55,860 nucleotides of DNA from Egibacteraceae bacterium. GTDB lineage: Bacteria; Actinomycetota; Nitriliruptoria; Euzebyales; Egibacteraceae. A model generated the notes under the pieces. That model searched no databases. It saw nothing but the letters and a program-made list of their open reading frames with translations, and was not told the DNA's origin. The position numbers and the translations under genes are program-made. This document shows, in pieces, positions 26,129-33,632 of this stretch. Numbering within the stretch: the first letter of the stretch is position 1; every line of letters starts with the position of its first letter. The DNA lies in contig JBOGEA010000001.1 in the NCBI GenBank assembly GCA_050743205.1, positions 1 through 55,860 on the forward strand. The letters run 5' to 3'.

Positions 26129-26320
26129 TCAGCGCCCCTGGGCACGGTTGGGGGCGATCATGAACCAGGTCAGCCAGGCCCGCTCCGAGCTGAACTCTCC
26201 ACACTCAGCTTCGCGGCGCAGCTCTTCAAATGTCATTCCCAGCTCTGCCAGGGCATTCTCAATCGCCTGATGCAGTTCCTCAGGAGTGACGACCTCTATA
26301 TCAATATCGGCCGGCGTCAT
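26129..26320 (-). CDS. Small acidic hypothetical protein (63 aa)
   Basis: MTPADIDIEVVTPEELHQAIENALAELGMTFEELRREAECGEF. Lower G+C and antitoxin-like size and charge. The downstream 270 bp look like a degraded ORF. Confidence 0.4.
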   Translation of the reverse strand: MTPADIDIEVVTPEELHQAIENALAELGMTFEELRREAECGEFSSERAWLTWFMIAPNRAQGR

Positions 26321-26394
26321 CGCTGCCTCGATCCCAAATATCGATCACTCACACATGACAGGAGTGTAAGAGGCCTTGCGCTCGTTGCCCAAGC

Positions 26395-26687
26395 TGCCAC
26401 CCGCCGTCCCGTAGGGTGTGGAACTGCTGGGAGTCCTGAGCAGGCGCGTTCGGTTGGAGCACACGATGGTGGTGACGCCGTCGAGGTGTGTCGGTCCGCT
26501 GGCGCGTCCTCCAAGCCGGTGGTGAGATCGCGCACCTGTCACCGTCATGTGCTGGGTGGGCGGCGTGAGCTGCGACGGACCAGGGAGAGGTGCCCCTCGT
26601 GCAGCGCGTGCAGCTCACGGCGGTCAAAGTCGGGGACAGCTCGTCCAAGTCGCGCCAGGTGAGATCGGTCGTGTGGGCGTGGACCAT
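26395..26687 (-). pseudogene. Chimeric scar: Uma2-like 5' end (26687-26608) fused to an internally deleted panC-like fragment (26607-26395)
   Basis: [17 protein letters not shown]...RRELH joins to [10 protein letters not shown]. Segment 26462-26575 aligns with panC 36153-36262 (RPTHLDGVTTIV), and 26576-26607 aligns with panC 36426-36456. Confidence 0.65.
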
Positions 26688-26729
26688 GTCGGGCAGCGTA
26701 GGCCTGGCTTGCGTGGCTACTATCGCGGG

Positions 26730-28289
26730 ATGGCCGCCGACGACACGACCGCGTCTGGCATCCCCGCGCGCCCTGTGTATGGGCCGGTGGAGGGCGGAAA
26801 GCCGGGGGAGTTCCCGTTCACGCGGGGCATCCACCCGACGATGTATGGGGGGCGGCTGTGGACGATGCGCCAGTACGCGGGGTACGCCTCAGCGAGTGAG
26901 TCCAACGCCCGCTACCGGTACCTGCTGGAGCAGGGGCAGACGGGGCTGTCGGTGGCGTTCGACCTGCCGACGCAGATGGGGTATGACTCCGACGCCGCCA
27001 TCGCGGCCGGCGAGGTGGGCAAGGCCGGGGTGGCGATCGACTCGCTGGAGGATATGCGCCGGCTGTTCGACGGGATCCCGCTGGATCAGGTGTCGACGTC
27101 GATGACGATCAACGCGCCGGCGTCGATCCTGCTGCTGCTCTACCAGCTGGTCGGCGAGGAGCAGGGCGTCGAGCCGGCCAGGCTGCGCGGCACGATCCAG
27201 AACGACGTGCTCAAGGAGTACATCGCGCGGGGCACCTACATCTTCCCGCCCGAGCCGTCGCTGCGGATCGTCACCGACGTCTTCGCCTACTGCGCGCAAC
27301 GGCTGCCCGGGTTCAACGTGATCTCGATCTCGGGCTACCACATGGGCGAGGCCGGGGCCACGGCCGTGCAGGAGGTCGCGTTCACGCTGGCCAACGCCAT
27401 CGCCTACGTCCAGGCGGCGGTCGACGCGGGCCTGGACGTCGACGCGTTCGGGCCGCGGCTGTCGTTCTTCTTCGTGGCCCGCTCGACCCTGCTCGAGGAG
27501 GTCGCGAAGTTCCGCGCCGCCCGGCGGATGTGGGCGCGGATCATGCGTGACCGGTTCGGTGCGCAAGACCCGAAGTCGCAGATGCTCCGCTTCCACACGC
27601 AGACCGCGGGGGTGCAGCTGACGGCCCAGCAGGCCGAGGTGAACATGGCCAGGGTGACGATCCAGGCGCTGGCCGCCACGCTGGGGGGGACGCAGTCGCT
27701 GCACGCGAACGCGTTCGACGAGGCGCTGGCGCTGCCCAGCGAGAAGGCGGCGCGGCTGGCGCTGCGGACCCAGCAGGTGATCGCCCACGAGACGGACGTT
27801 CCGCTGACCGCCGACCCGCTGGGCGGCAGCTGGTTCGTCGAGTCCCTGACCGATGAGATCGAGCGCCGCGCCACGGAATACATCGAGAAGATCGACGCGA
27901 TGGGCGGCGCGGTCCAGGCGATCGGGCAGGGCTACCAGAAGGGTGAGATCGAGCGCAGCGCCTACGAGCTGACCCAGGCGGTGGAGGCGGGGGAGCAGGT
28001 CGTCGTCGGCGTCAACCGGTACACGATCGACGAGGACGTCGAGCCCGAGCTGCTGCGCGTCGAGGACGCCGTCCGAGACGCGCAGGTCACGCGCCTGGAG
28101 CGCATCCGGGCCGAGCGCGACACCGGCGCGGTTCAGGCAGCCCTCGCCGAGGTCTCCGAAGTCGCCCGCGGCACCGGCAACCTGCTGCCTCCGATGAAGC
28201 AGGCGCTGCGCCGGATGGCGACGGTCGGTGAGGTGTGCGACACGCTGCGCGGCGTCTTCGGCCGGTACCGCCCAGCAGACACCGCATGA
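26730..28289 (+). CDS. Methylmalonyl-CoA mutase-family large (substrate-binding) subunit, no B12-binding domain
   Basis: [61 protein letters not shown] is the canonical acyl-CoA mutase barrel. The product is 519 aa and ends before a cobalamin domain. Confidence 0.9.
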   Translation: MAADDTTASGIPARPVYGPVEGGKPGEFPFTRGIHPTMYGGRLWTMRQYAGYASASESNARYRYLLEQGQTGLSVAFDLPTQMGYDSDAAIAAGEVGKAGVAIDSLEDMRRLFDGIPLDQVSTSMTINAPASILLLLYQLVGEEQGVEPARLRGTIQNDVLKEYIARGTYIFPPEPSLRIVTDVFAYCAQRLPGFNVISISGYHMGEAGATAVQEVAFTLANAIAYVQAAVDAGLDVDAFGPRLSFFFVARSTLLEEVAKFRAARRMWARIMRDRFGAQDPKSQMLRFHTQTAGVQLTAQQAEVNMARVTIQALAATLGGTQSLHANAFDEALALPSEKAARLALRTQQVIAHETDVPLTADPLGGSWFVESLTDEIERRATEYIEKIDAMGGAVQAIGQGYQKGEIERSAYELTQAVEAGEQVVVGVNRYTIDEDVEPELLRVEDAVRDAQVTRLERIRAERDTGAVQAALAEVSEVARGTGNLLPPMKQALRRMATVGEVCDTLRGVFGRYRPADTA

Positions 28290-28292
28290 GCC

Positions 28293-29546
28293 CTAAGGAA
28301 AGGCCCGCTCCATCGGGGGCTGGGGGCTGGCGGGGTCGGGCGTGGAGCGGGAGAACATCCAGCGCAGCTCGACGATGCCGGTGAAGTCGCGCCGTGCGGT
28401 GATGGTGGCGGCGACGGTGAACGGCGCCCGATGCTCGGGATGCACGAGGAGCGTCCACTCGGCGCGGCCCGTGGCCCCGTCGATGGCCTCAAGGCGCCTC
28501 CGGAACTCGCGCCGGGCTCCGTTGGAGATGAACGCGGCCAGGGGGCGGCACTCGAGCAGGTCCTCGGAGTAGCCGAGCAGCTCGGCGGCCTGGCGGTTCG
28601 CGCGAGTGATGAGGCCGACTGGATCGGTGACGAGGTAGGGGAGGGGAGCGAGCTGGTACAGGTCGCGGTAGCGCTCGCGATCGACCTTCAGCCCGTCCCG
28701 CTCGTCGAGGAGCTGCGCGGTCTGCAGCCGGCACTCCTCCAGCAGCGCCTGCTGCTCCTCGAGCGTGGCGGTCAGCTCGGCGATCGCGGAGGAGTCCGTA
28801 TCCTGCATCTTCGGCAGGGTCCGCGCGGCCTCCGGCGGGATCGGCGCCTGGAGACCGCCGAACGACGGCTCGCTGGCCGAGCGCTCGGCCAGGTACGCGG
28901 CCGCCCCGGCGCGGCTGGCGACGTCGAGCGTCGCCAGAATGTTGGATACATACTTCTTGACCGTCCGCTCCGACAGGCTCACGCGGGTGGCGATCTGCCG
29001 GTTCGTGTGACCCCGGCTGATCAGTTGGAGAATCCGCAGCTCGGCCGGCTTCAGCCGCTGCAGCCGCGCGTCCTTCTGGGAGATCTGCTGGCCCAGCCTG
29101 GTGAGCAGCCCGGCGGCGGCGTCGGGGTCGAACAGCGATTCGCCGCCGCCGACCTGGCGGAGCGCGGCGACGAGATGCGACGCGGGGGTGCTCTTGAGCA
29201 GGTAACCCGCCGCTCCCGCGAGGATCGCGTCGAACCGAGCCCGATCGTCGTCGAGCGCGCTGAACAGGATGACACCGAGGCCCGAGCGCTCCCGCCGCAG
29301 GGCCCGGCAGGTCTCGGCGCCGGGATGGTCGGGGAGCTGCGCGTCGAGCAGGATGACGTCGGACTCATGCTCGCGGACCAGCGTGAGAGCCTCGCGGGCT
29401 GTGGAGCCCTCGCCCACCAGCGCCATGCCGGGTTGCGAGCCGAGCAGGGCGGCGACGCCATGACGCAGCATCGGCTGGGAGTCCACAACCAAGACGCGGA
29501 ACGTGCGTACCGCGAGGGTATTCCCTCCAGCTCCAGATGACGCCAT
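28293..29546 (-). CDS. Response regulator with REC - LuxR/FixJ HTH - coiled coil - PAS architecture
   Basis: VLVVDSQPMLRHG...ILLDAQLPD (REC), LKPAELRILQLISRGHTNRQIATRVSLSERTVKKYVSNIL (HTH), and C-terminal YLVTDPVGLITRANRQAAELLGY (PAS). Confidence 0.8.
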   Translation of the reverse strand: MASSGAGGNTLAVRTFRVLVVDSQPMLRHGVAALLGSQPGMALVGEGSTAREALTLVREHESDVILLDAQLPDHPGAETCRALRRERSGLGVILFSALDDDRARFDAILAGAAGYLLKSTPASHLVAALRQVGGGESLFDPDAAAGLLTRLGQQISQKDARLQRLKPAELRILQLISRGHTNRQIATRVSLSERTVKKYVSNILATLDVASRAGAAAYLAERSASEPSFGGLQAPIPPEAARTLPKMQDTDSSAIAELTATLEEQQALLEECRLQTAQLLDERDGLKVDRERYRDLYQLAPLPYLVTDPVGLITRANRQAAELLGYSEDLLECRPLAAFISNGARREFRRRLEAIDGATGRAEWTLLVHPEHRAPFTVAATITARRDFTGIVELRWMFSRSTPDPASPQPPMERAFP

Positions 29547-29693
29547 GCGGTTCAGTATAGGTCCATACGGCTTGTAGTGGCCGAATGGTCATGAGGCAAG
29601 GCGGCCATCACCCCTTGCGTTTTCTGCAACGTCCGGTATTACATCTGGGAAGGCTCTCCGATCTCCGGAAGGGAGGCCAGCCCGCGTCCGCGT

Positions 29694-29933
29694 TCACACG
29701 GCGCGCGGGCGCTGGTCACTTGGCACGCCCTCGGCCCCACCGGGTGGAGATTGCGACCGTCGCGCTCTGCGACGGCACTCGCGGCACGTGATCTCCGCCC
29801 GGTCGGGGTAGACCTGCACGTCCAGCCGGAACCCGCAGGCACCGCAGTAGCGGGGCGGGTCCAGCGGCAGCCGCCCCGCGCAGCCGTCGTGGAGCGCGGC
29901 CCGCAGCGACCGCCCGCATCCCTCGCAGAACAT
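29694..29933 (-). CDS. Small zinc-ribbon protein (79 aa)
   Basis: MFCEGCG...YCGACGFRLDVQVYPDRAEITCRECRRR carries three CxxC pairs. The Met at 29933 was chosen inside the longer ORF. Confidence 0.5.
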   Translation of the reverse strand: MFCEGCGRSLRAALHDGCAGRLPLDPPRYCGACGFRLDVQVYPDRAEITCRECRRRARRSQSPPGGAEGVPSDQRPRAV

Positions 29934-30024
29934 CGACACCGCTTGGAGTGTAAGCCGCCCGCCCGCCCGGCAATGATCCGCCGGGAGCGCCAATGTGGGC
30001 CACTCCCGGCAGAGCACTTGTTGC

Positions 30025-30378
30025 CTACGGAATGTCGCGTTGGAAGAAGAGGACCACATCCCCAATTTCTGCGGTGCCACCCCCGGCTAGGACCGTGAAG
30101 GTCACGGTATTGATTCCTACCGGCAGCAAGCCGTCGACCACCTCATGCGCAGAGTGGAGTTCGCGGTCATTGTAGGTGAGAACAGCCTGCACTGCACCGT
30201 TGACTGCGACGCTGAATTGCACGTTCGCAGGGCCTGTCTCCACCATGAAGAAGAGGACAGCATTGTCGAGCTGGGTATCCGCAGGAAGAGTGAAATCAAA
30301 GTTCCTAGTGATAGAGCCTGCTAAGCTCAGCGAGAACGAGTTGTCGATGAGTACGGTGTAATCTGCGATTCTGGGCAT
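30025..30378 (-). CDS. Hypothetical beta-rich protein (117 aa), low G+C
   Basis: ATG preceded by AGGAGG. MPRIADYTVLIDNSFSLSLAG...TVTFTVLAGGGTAEIGDVVLFFQRDIP. Codon usage is unlike the neighbours (tta, aat, att, gat). Confidence 0.5.
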   Translation of the reverse strand: MPRIADYTVLIDNSFSLSLAGSITRNFDFTLPADTQLDNAVLFFMVETGPANVQFSVAVNGAVQAVLTYNDRELHSAHEVVDGLLPVGINTVTFTVLAGGGTAEIGDVVLFFQRDIP

Positions 30379-30510
30379 TTCATAGCCTCCTGGGCTGGTG
30401 TGCGGATCAAGCGTTTGTGCGGGCACGATGCCTGCATTCTTGTCCGTGCTGCCACTGTGGATTGCGCCGCTTAGCGTTTGCTTGACGACCGCTGTACAGC
30501 GGGAAGCCAG
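30379..30510 (-). promoter_or_regulatory. Conserved leader L1 with perfect 12-bp palindrome CGCTGTACAGCG (30490-30501)
   Basis: About 130 nt are alignable with 32305-32440, with identical blocks including CTTGACGACCGCTGTACAGCG and the RBS-ATG context GGCTATGAAATGCC. Confidence 0.6.
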
Positions 30511-30557
30511 CGCAGCGATAGGGCGCGGCCCGAATTTGACGTCTCCGGCCCCTCGTG

Positions 30558-30716
30558 AAGTGGCGGATGCCCGCCTTGGCTGCCGGTGAATGGGGGGCGG
30601 GCGGGCTATTGTGACGGCAGTGATCGAAGAGCCCGTCCACGCCTCTCCCCGAGCGCCAGCCGTGGATTCTGGTCGTCGAGGACGACCCGATCGTGGCCGA
30701 AGTCGTCGCCCGGTAC
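30558..30716 (+). pseudogene. Duplicate of the upstream region and first about 35 codons of the OmpR-type regulator gene
   Basis: It aligns with 32827-32986 (...PRILVVEDDPIVAEVVARY). Homology stops abruptly where the transposase remnant begins. Confidence 0.8.
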
Positions 30717-31139
30717 TACGGCTGATCTTCCACACCCAGCAGGGTCCGGGTGGTGCTGGTCCGCGAGTCCGGCCACGAAGACGACGGGTAGGGGTATGAA
30801 CTGGCTTTGGTCACCACGGATCTGAACGCTTCCGTCGCCGATCTCGTGGCGCCAGCCGATCCTCGACCGAGGTCACGATCTTGAACGCCAAGCAGGCCGC
30901 GGAGGTGGGGCAGGCCCGCAACCGCACCCGCAAGGTCGTAGAGCGGACCGTGCCCGTTCGAGGTGCTGTGTAGAGTCTGGTGATCGATCGTCTGGTACGC
31001 AACCCGCGGGCGCAGCCTGCGGGTGATCGCCGAGCGGCGGCGCCACGCGCCCTGGTATACGAGCAAGGTCGATCCGTCGGCGGCGGACATGGTTGCTGTC
31101 CTCCGGCGGGTGCTGATCACCGCGAAACCTCACTCATAA
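30717..31139 (+). mobile_element. 3' remnant of an IS701/IS4-like DDE transposase gene (several frameshifts)
   Basis: Across frames: RVVLVRESGHEDDG, YELALVTTDLNASVADLVA, ILNAKQAAEVGQARNRTRKVVERTVP, and APWYTSKVDPSAADMVAVLRRVLITAKPHS* (stop 31137-31139). Confidence 0.6.
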
Positions 31140-31239
31140 CACCCTCACGTGACCACCTCCACATCAGAAGTCACCGCCGTTATGCCTGGCCTGGGCACAG
31201 GCAGCAGCATAATGCGAAAGTCGAGTTGGTTGGTTGACA

Positions 31240-31271
31240 CCCCGAGCCGTGCCGTGAGGCACGGCTCGGGG
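31240..31271. terminator. 14-bp-stem hairpin (CCCCGAGCCGTGCC-GTGA-GGCACGGCTCGGGG)
   Basis: Perfect stem read directly. It lies between the transposase remnant and the 3' end of the esterase gene. Confidence 0.5.
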
Positions 31272-31386
31272 GATGTCCGCCGCTCAAGCGTCTACGATGC
31301 CTGGGGCGACCTCAGATGGGGGCTACCGGTGCCGACGTTACGTGAGCGTGTGCTACGCGCTGACACGGCAGGCGTGCCGCTCGCGT

Positions 31387-32304
31387 TCACAACGGCAGTC
31401 CAGCGTGGTTCTGCCAGAACTCGACGATCTCCCGGGTCGCGTTGAAATGCGTGGCGACCGGGGGGTTGCCCGCTGCTCCGAATGACGGCCAGTTATGGCC
31501 GCCGCCCACCACGGTGACATATTCGAATGCTTCGGCTCCCCCCTGGAACAGCTGAACGACGACCTCGGTGATGTTCGTGCTGCCGGGAACGAGCGTTGTC
31601 ACGGACGGAGCGTTGTTGGGGATGAGGTTGCGCGTCAGCATCTCCTGAACGGTGTTCGCCGGCAGCGTGGTATCGAGCGGAACCTCCTGCAGGGTCATCG
31701 GCGAGCGGAACCCGAAATCGGCGGTGCCGTGCACGTATATGGCCGGTACCGAGGCGGGCAGGAGGGGTGCGAGCTGCTGTCTGTAATGCAGGGCCTTCTC
31801 GGGATCGAGTGCCTTACCGACGACGGCGAAACCACGAAAGCTCGAGACGAGGTTGGAGTTCATGAGCTGCCACGCCATGCCCCCACCGTTGGAGAAGCCC
31901 GCTGCGTAGATGAGGTTAGGGTCGACGGTAACGGTGGGCACCGCCACATTGCCGGTGGGATACACGGCGATGGGGTCGGTGATGGCCGCGAGAAGCTGCT
32001 GGACGAACAAAAGGTCGTACGTCGGGAACGCGCTGTCGCCCTTCTTGAAATGGACCCACTCGTCGCTGAGCCGTGGGTCGGCCTCCGGGAAGACCAGTAA
32101 GTAGCGACTCAACGGGAGCGGCGGCGGGTTAGTCGGGTTCGCCGGGTCGATACCCCAGCGGCGGGCCATAGTCTCGGCATCTTGGCCACCGCCGTGGAAC
32201 ACGACGATGGCAGGTACGGCCATCTGGAGCGGGTTGTCAGGAATGCAAACGTTGTACGTGCGGCTGACCTGCGCTTGCAGCGTCTGGTCAAGGAGAAGTG
32301 GCAT
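31387..32304 (-). CDS. Alpha/beta hydrolase, PHB-depolymerase/LpqC-like esterase family, no signal peptide seen
   Basis: AIVVFHGGGQDAETMARRWG, the nucleophile elbow GFSNGGGMA, and YVHGTAD. G+C is lower than in the surroundings. Confidence 0.65.
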   Translation of the reverse strand: MPLLLDQTLQAQVSRTYNVCIPDNPLQMAVPAIVVFHGGGQDAETMARRWGIDPANPTNPPPLPLSRYLLVFPEADPRLSDEWVHFKKGDSAFPTYDLLFVQQLLAAITDPIAVYPTGNVAVPTVTVDPNLIYAAGFSNGGGMAWQLMNSNLVSSFRGFAVVGKALDPEKALHYRQQLAPLLPASVPAIYVHGTADFGFRSPMTLQEVPLDTTLPANTVQEMLTRNLIPNNAPSVTTLVPGSTNITEVVVQLFQGGAEAFEYVTVVGGGHNWPSFGAAGNPPVATHFNATREIVEFWQNHAGLPL

Positions 32305-32440
32305 TTCATAGCCTTCTTAGTTGGAATGCGGATCGAGTGTTGTGGTGCAGGCAAGACGCCCGCACGCTCGTCCGCACTGCCACTATGGGCTGCGCCGCTT
32401 AATCTTTTCTTGACGACCGCTGTACAGCGAAAAGCCAGCG
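32305..32440 (-). promoter_or_regulatory. Conserved leader L2 with palindrome CGCTGTACAGCG (32418-32429)
   Basis: Paralogue of 30379-30510. It overlaps the 3' end of the NTF2-like ORF. Confidence 0.6.
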
Positions 32441-32811
32441 GAGCCAACCCTGGAGATCCCCATCATGGCAGCGGATCTGTGCCGCAAGGCCGTCGCGGAG
32501 CACCATGATCTCGGCGGCCTTCTGACCACGGACGCTCGTGTAGACAATCGTGACGCTGTCGATCCCGGGGAGCACGCCATGCAAGTCGAAGCGCAGGTCA
32601 GGAAACGAACGCAGCCCGACAGCGAAATAGCGGTGGCGGAGCGTCTCGACGCCGCGAAGGGTTCCCGACGGGTCAAAGCCAAGCGCTGCTCCATAGGGCG
32701 GCCTGAACTCGACGTCCTGGTCATAGTGCCGCAGGACCATGTCCAAATCATGGGCGTTCCAGGCCTGGACCCACTGTGAGTCGAACGCAAGCGTTGGTCT
32801 TTGTCAATCAC
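32399..32811 (-). pseudogene. SnoaL/NTF2-like protein, probable frameshift near the 5' end
   Basis: QWVQAWNAHDLDMVLRHYDQDVEF...SVTIVYTSVRGQKAAEIMVLRDG is NTF2-like. The only in-frame start is TTG 32746, inside helix 1. A GTG at 32811 (VIDKDQ) lies in another frame. Confidence 0.45.
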
Positions 32812-32887
32812 CTCTGGCTCCTGGTCAAGTGGCGGATGCCCGCCTTGGCTGCGGGTGAATGGGGGGCGGGCGGCTATTGTGACGGGT

Positions 32888-33622
32888 GTGATCGAAGAGC
32901 CCGTCCACACGCCTCTCCCAGAGCGGCAGCCGCGGATTCTGGTCGTCGAGGACGACCCGACCGTGGCCGAGGTCGTCGCCCGGTACCTGGAGCGCGACGG
33001 CTGCCGCATCGAGGTCGTCACCGACGGCAGGGTCGCCCTCGCCAGATTGGAGGCCGCGCCCCCCGACCTCGTCATCCTCGACGTCATGCTGCCCGGTTTG
33101 GACGGGTTCGAGGTCTGCAGGCGCCTGCGCGAGCACAGCCGGATCCCGGTGATCATGCTCACCGCCCGGGCTGAGGCGGTCGAGCGCATCAACGGTCTGG
33201 AGCTGGGCGCGGACGACTACGTGGTCAAGCCGTTCTCGCCGCGCGAGCTGGCCGCGCGGGTGAAAGCGGTGCTCCGTCGGGCGCAGATGGCGCGGGACGG
33301 CTCCGTGTCGGGGCCGCAGCCGTACCGGCCCAGGACGTTTCTGGGCATGGAGTTGGACGAGCGCTCCCGCCAGGTCCGAATCGACGGCCAGCCGGTCTCG
33401 CTGACGGTGCGGGAGTTCGACCTGCTCGCCTTCTTCATACGGCATCCCGGGGAGGTGTTCCGGCGGGAGGCGCTGCTCGACCGGGTCTGGGGCTATACGT
33501 TCGGCGACACCTCGACGGTGACGGTGCACGTGCGCCGCCTGCGCGAGAAGATCGAGCCGGACCCGTCCGCCCCGACTTACGTGCAGACCGTGTGGGGCGT
33601 CGGGTACCGGTTCGGCGAGTGA
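32888..33622 (+). CDS. OmpR/PhoB-family response regulator
   Basis: RILVVEDDPTVAEVV...DLVILDVMLPGLDGFEV...ADDYVVKPFSPRELAARV, with a winged-helix C-terminus YVQTVWGVGYRF. The GTG start is uncertain (32879 or 32888). Confidence 0.9.
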   Translation: MIEEPVHTPLPERQPRILVVEDDPTVAEVVARYLERDGCRIEVVTDGRVALARLEAAPPDLVILDVMLPGLDGFEVCRRLREHSRIPVIMLTARAEAVERINGLELGADDYVVKPFSPRELAARVKAVLRRAQMARDGSVSGPQPYRPRTFLGMELDERSRQVRIDGQPVSLTVREFDLLAFFIRHPGEVFRREALLDRVWGYTFGDTSTVTVHVRRLREKIEPDPSAPTYVQTVWGVGYRFGE

Positions 33623-33632
33623 AGGCATCGCT

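Noticed and set aside
30379-30510. Conserved upstream peptide (…LA.RCTAVVK..LSGA.HSGS…) encoded in both leaders
   Set aside because: An indel places the two leaders in different frames relative to the downstream ATG. There is no shared start codon, and amino-acid similarity merely mirrors nucleotide identity.
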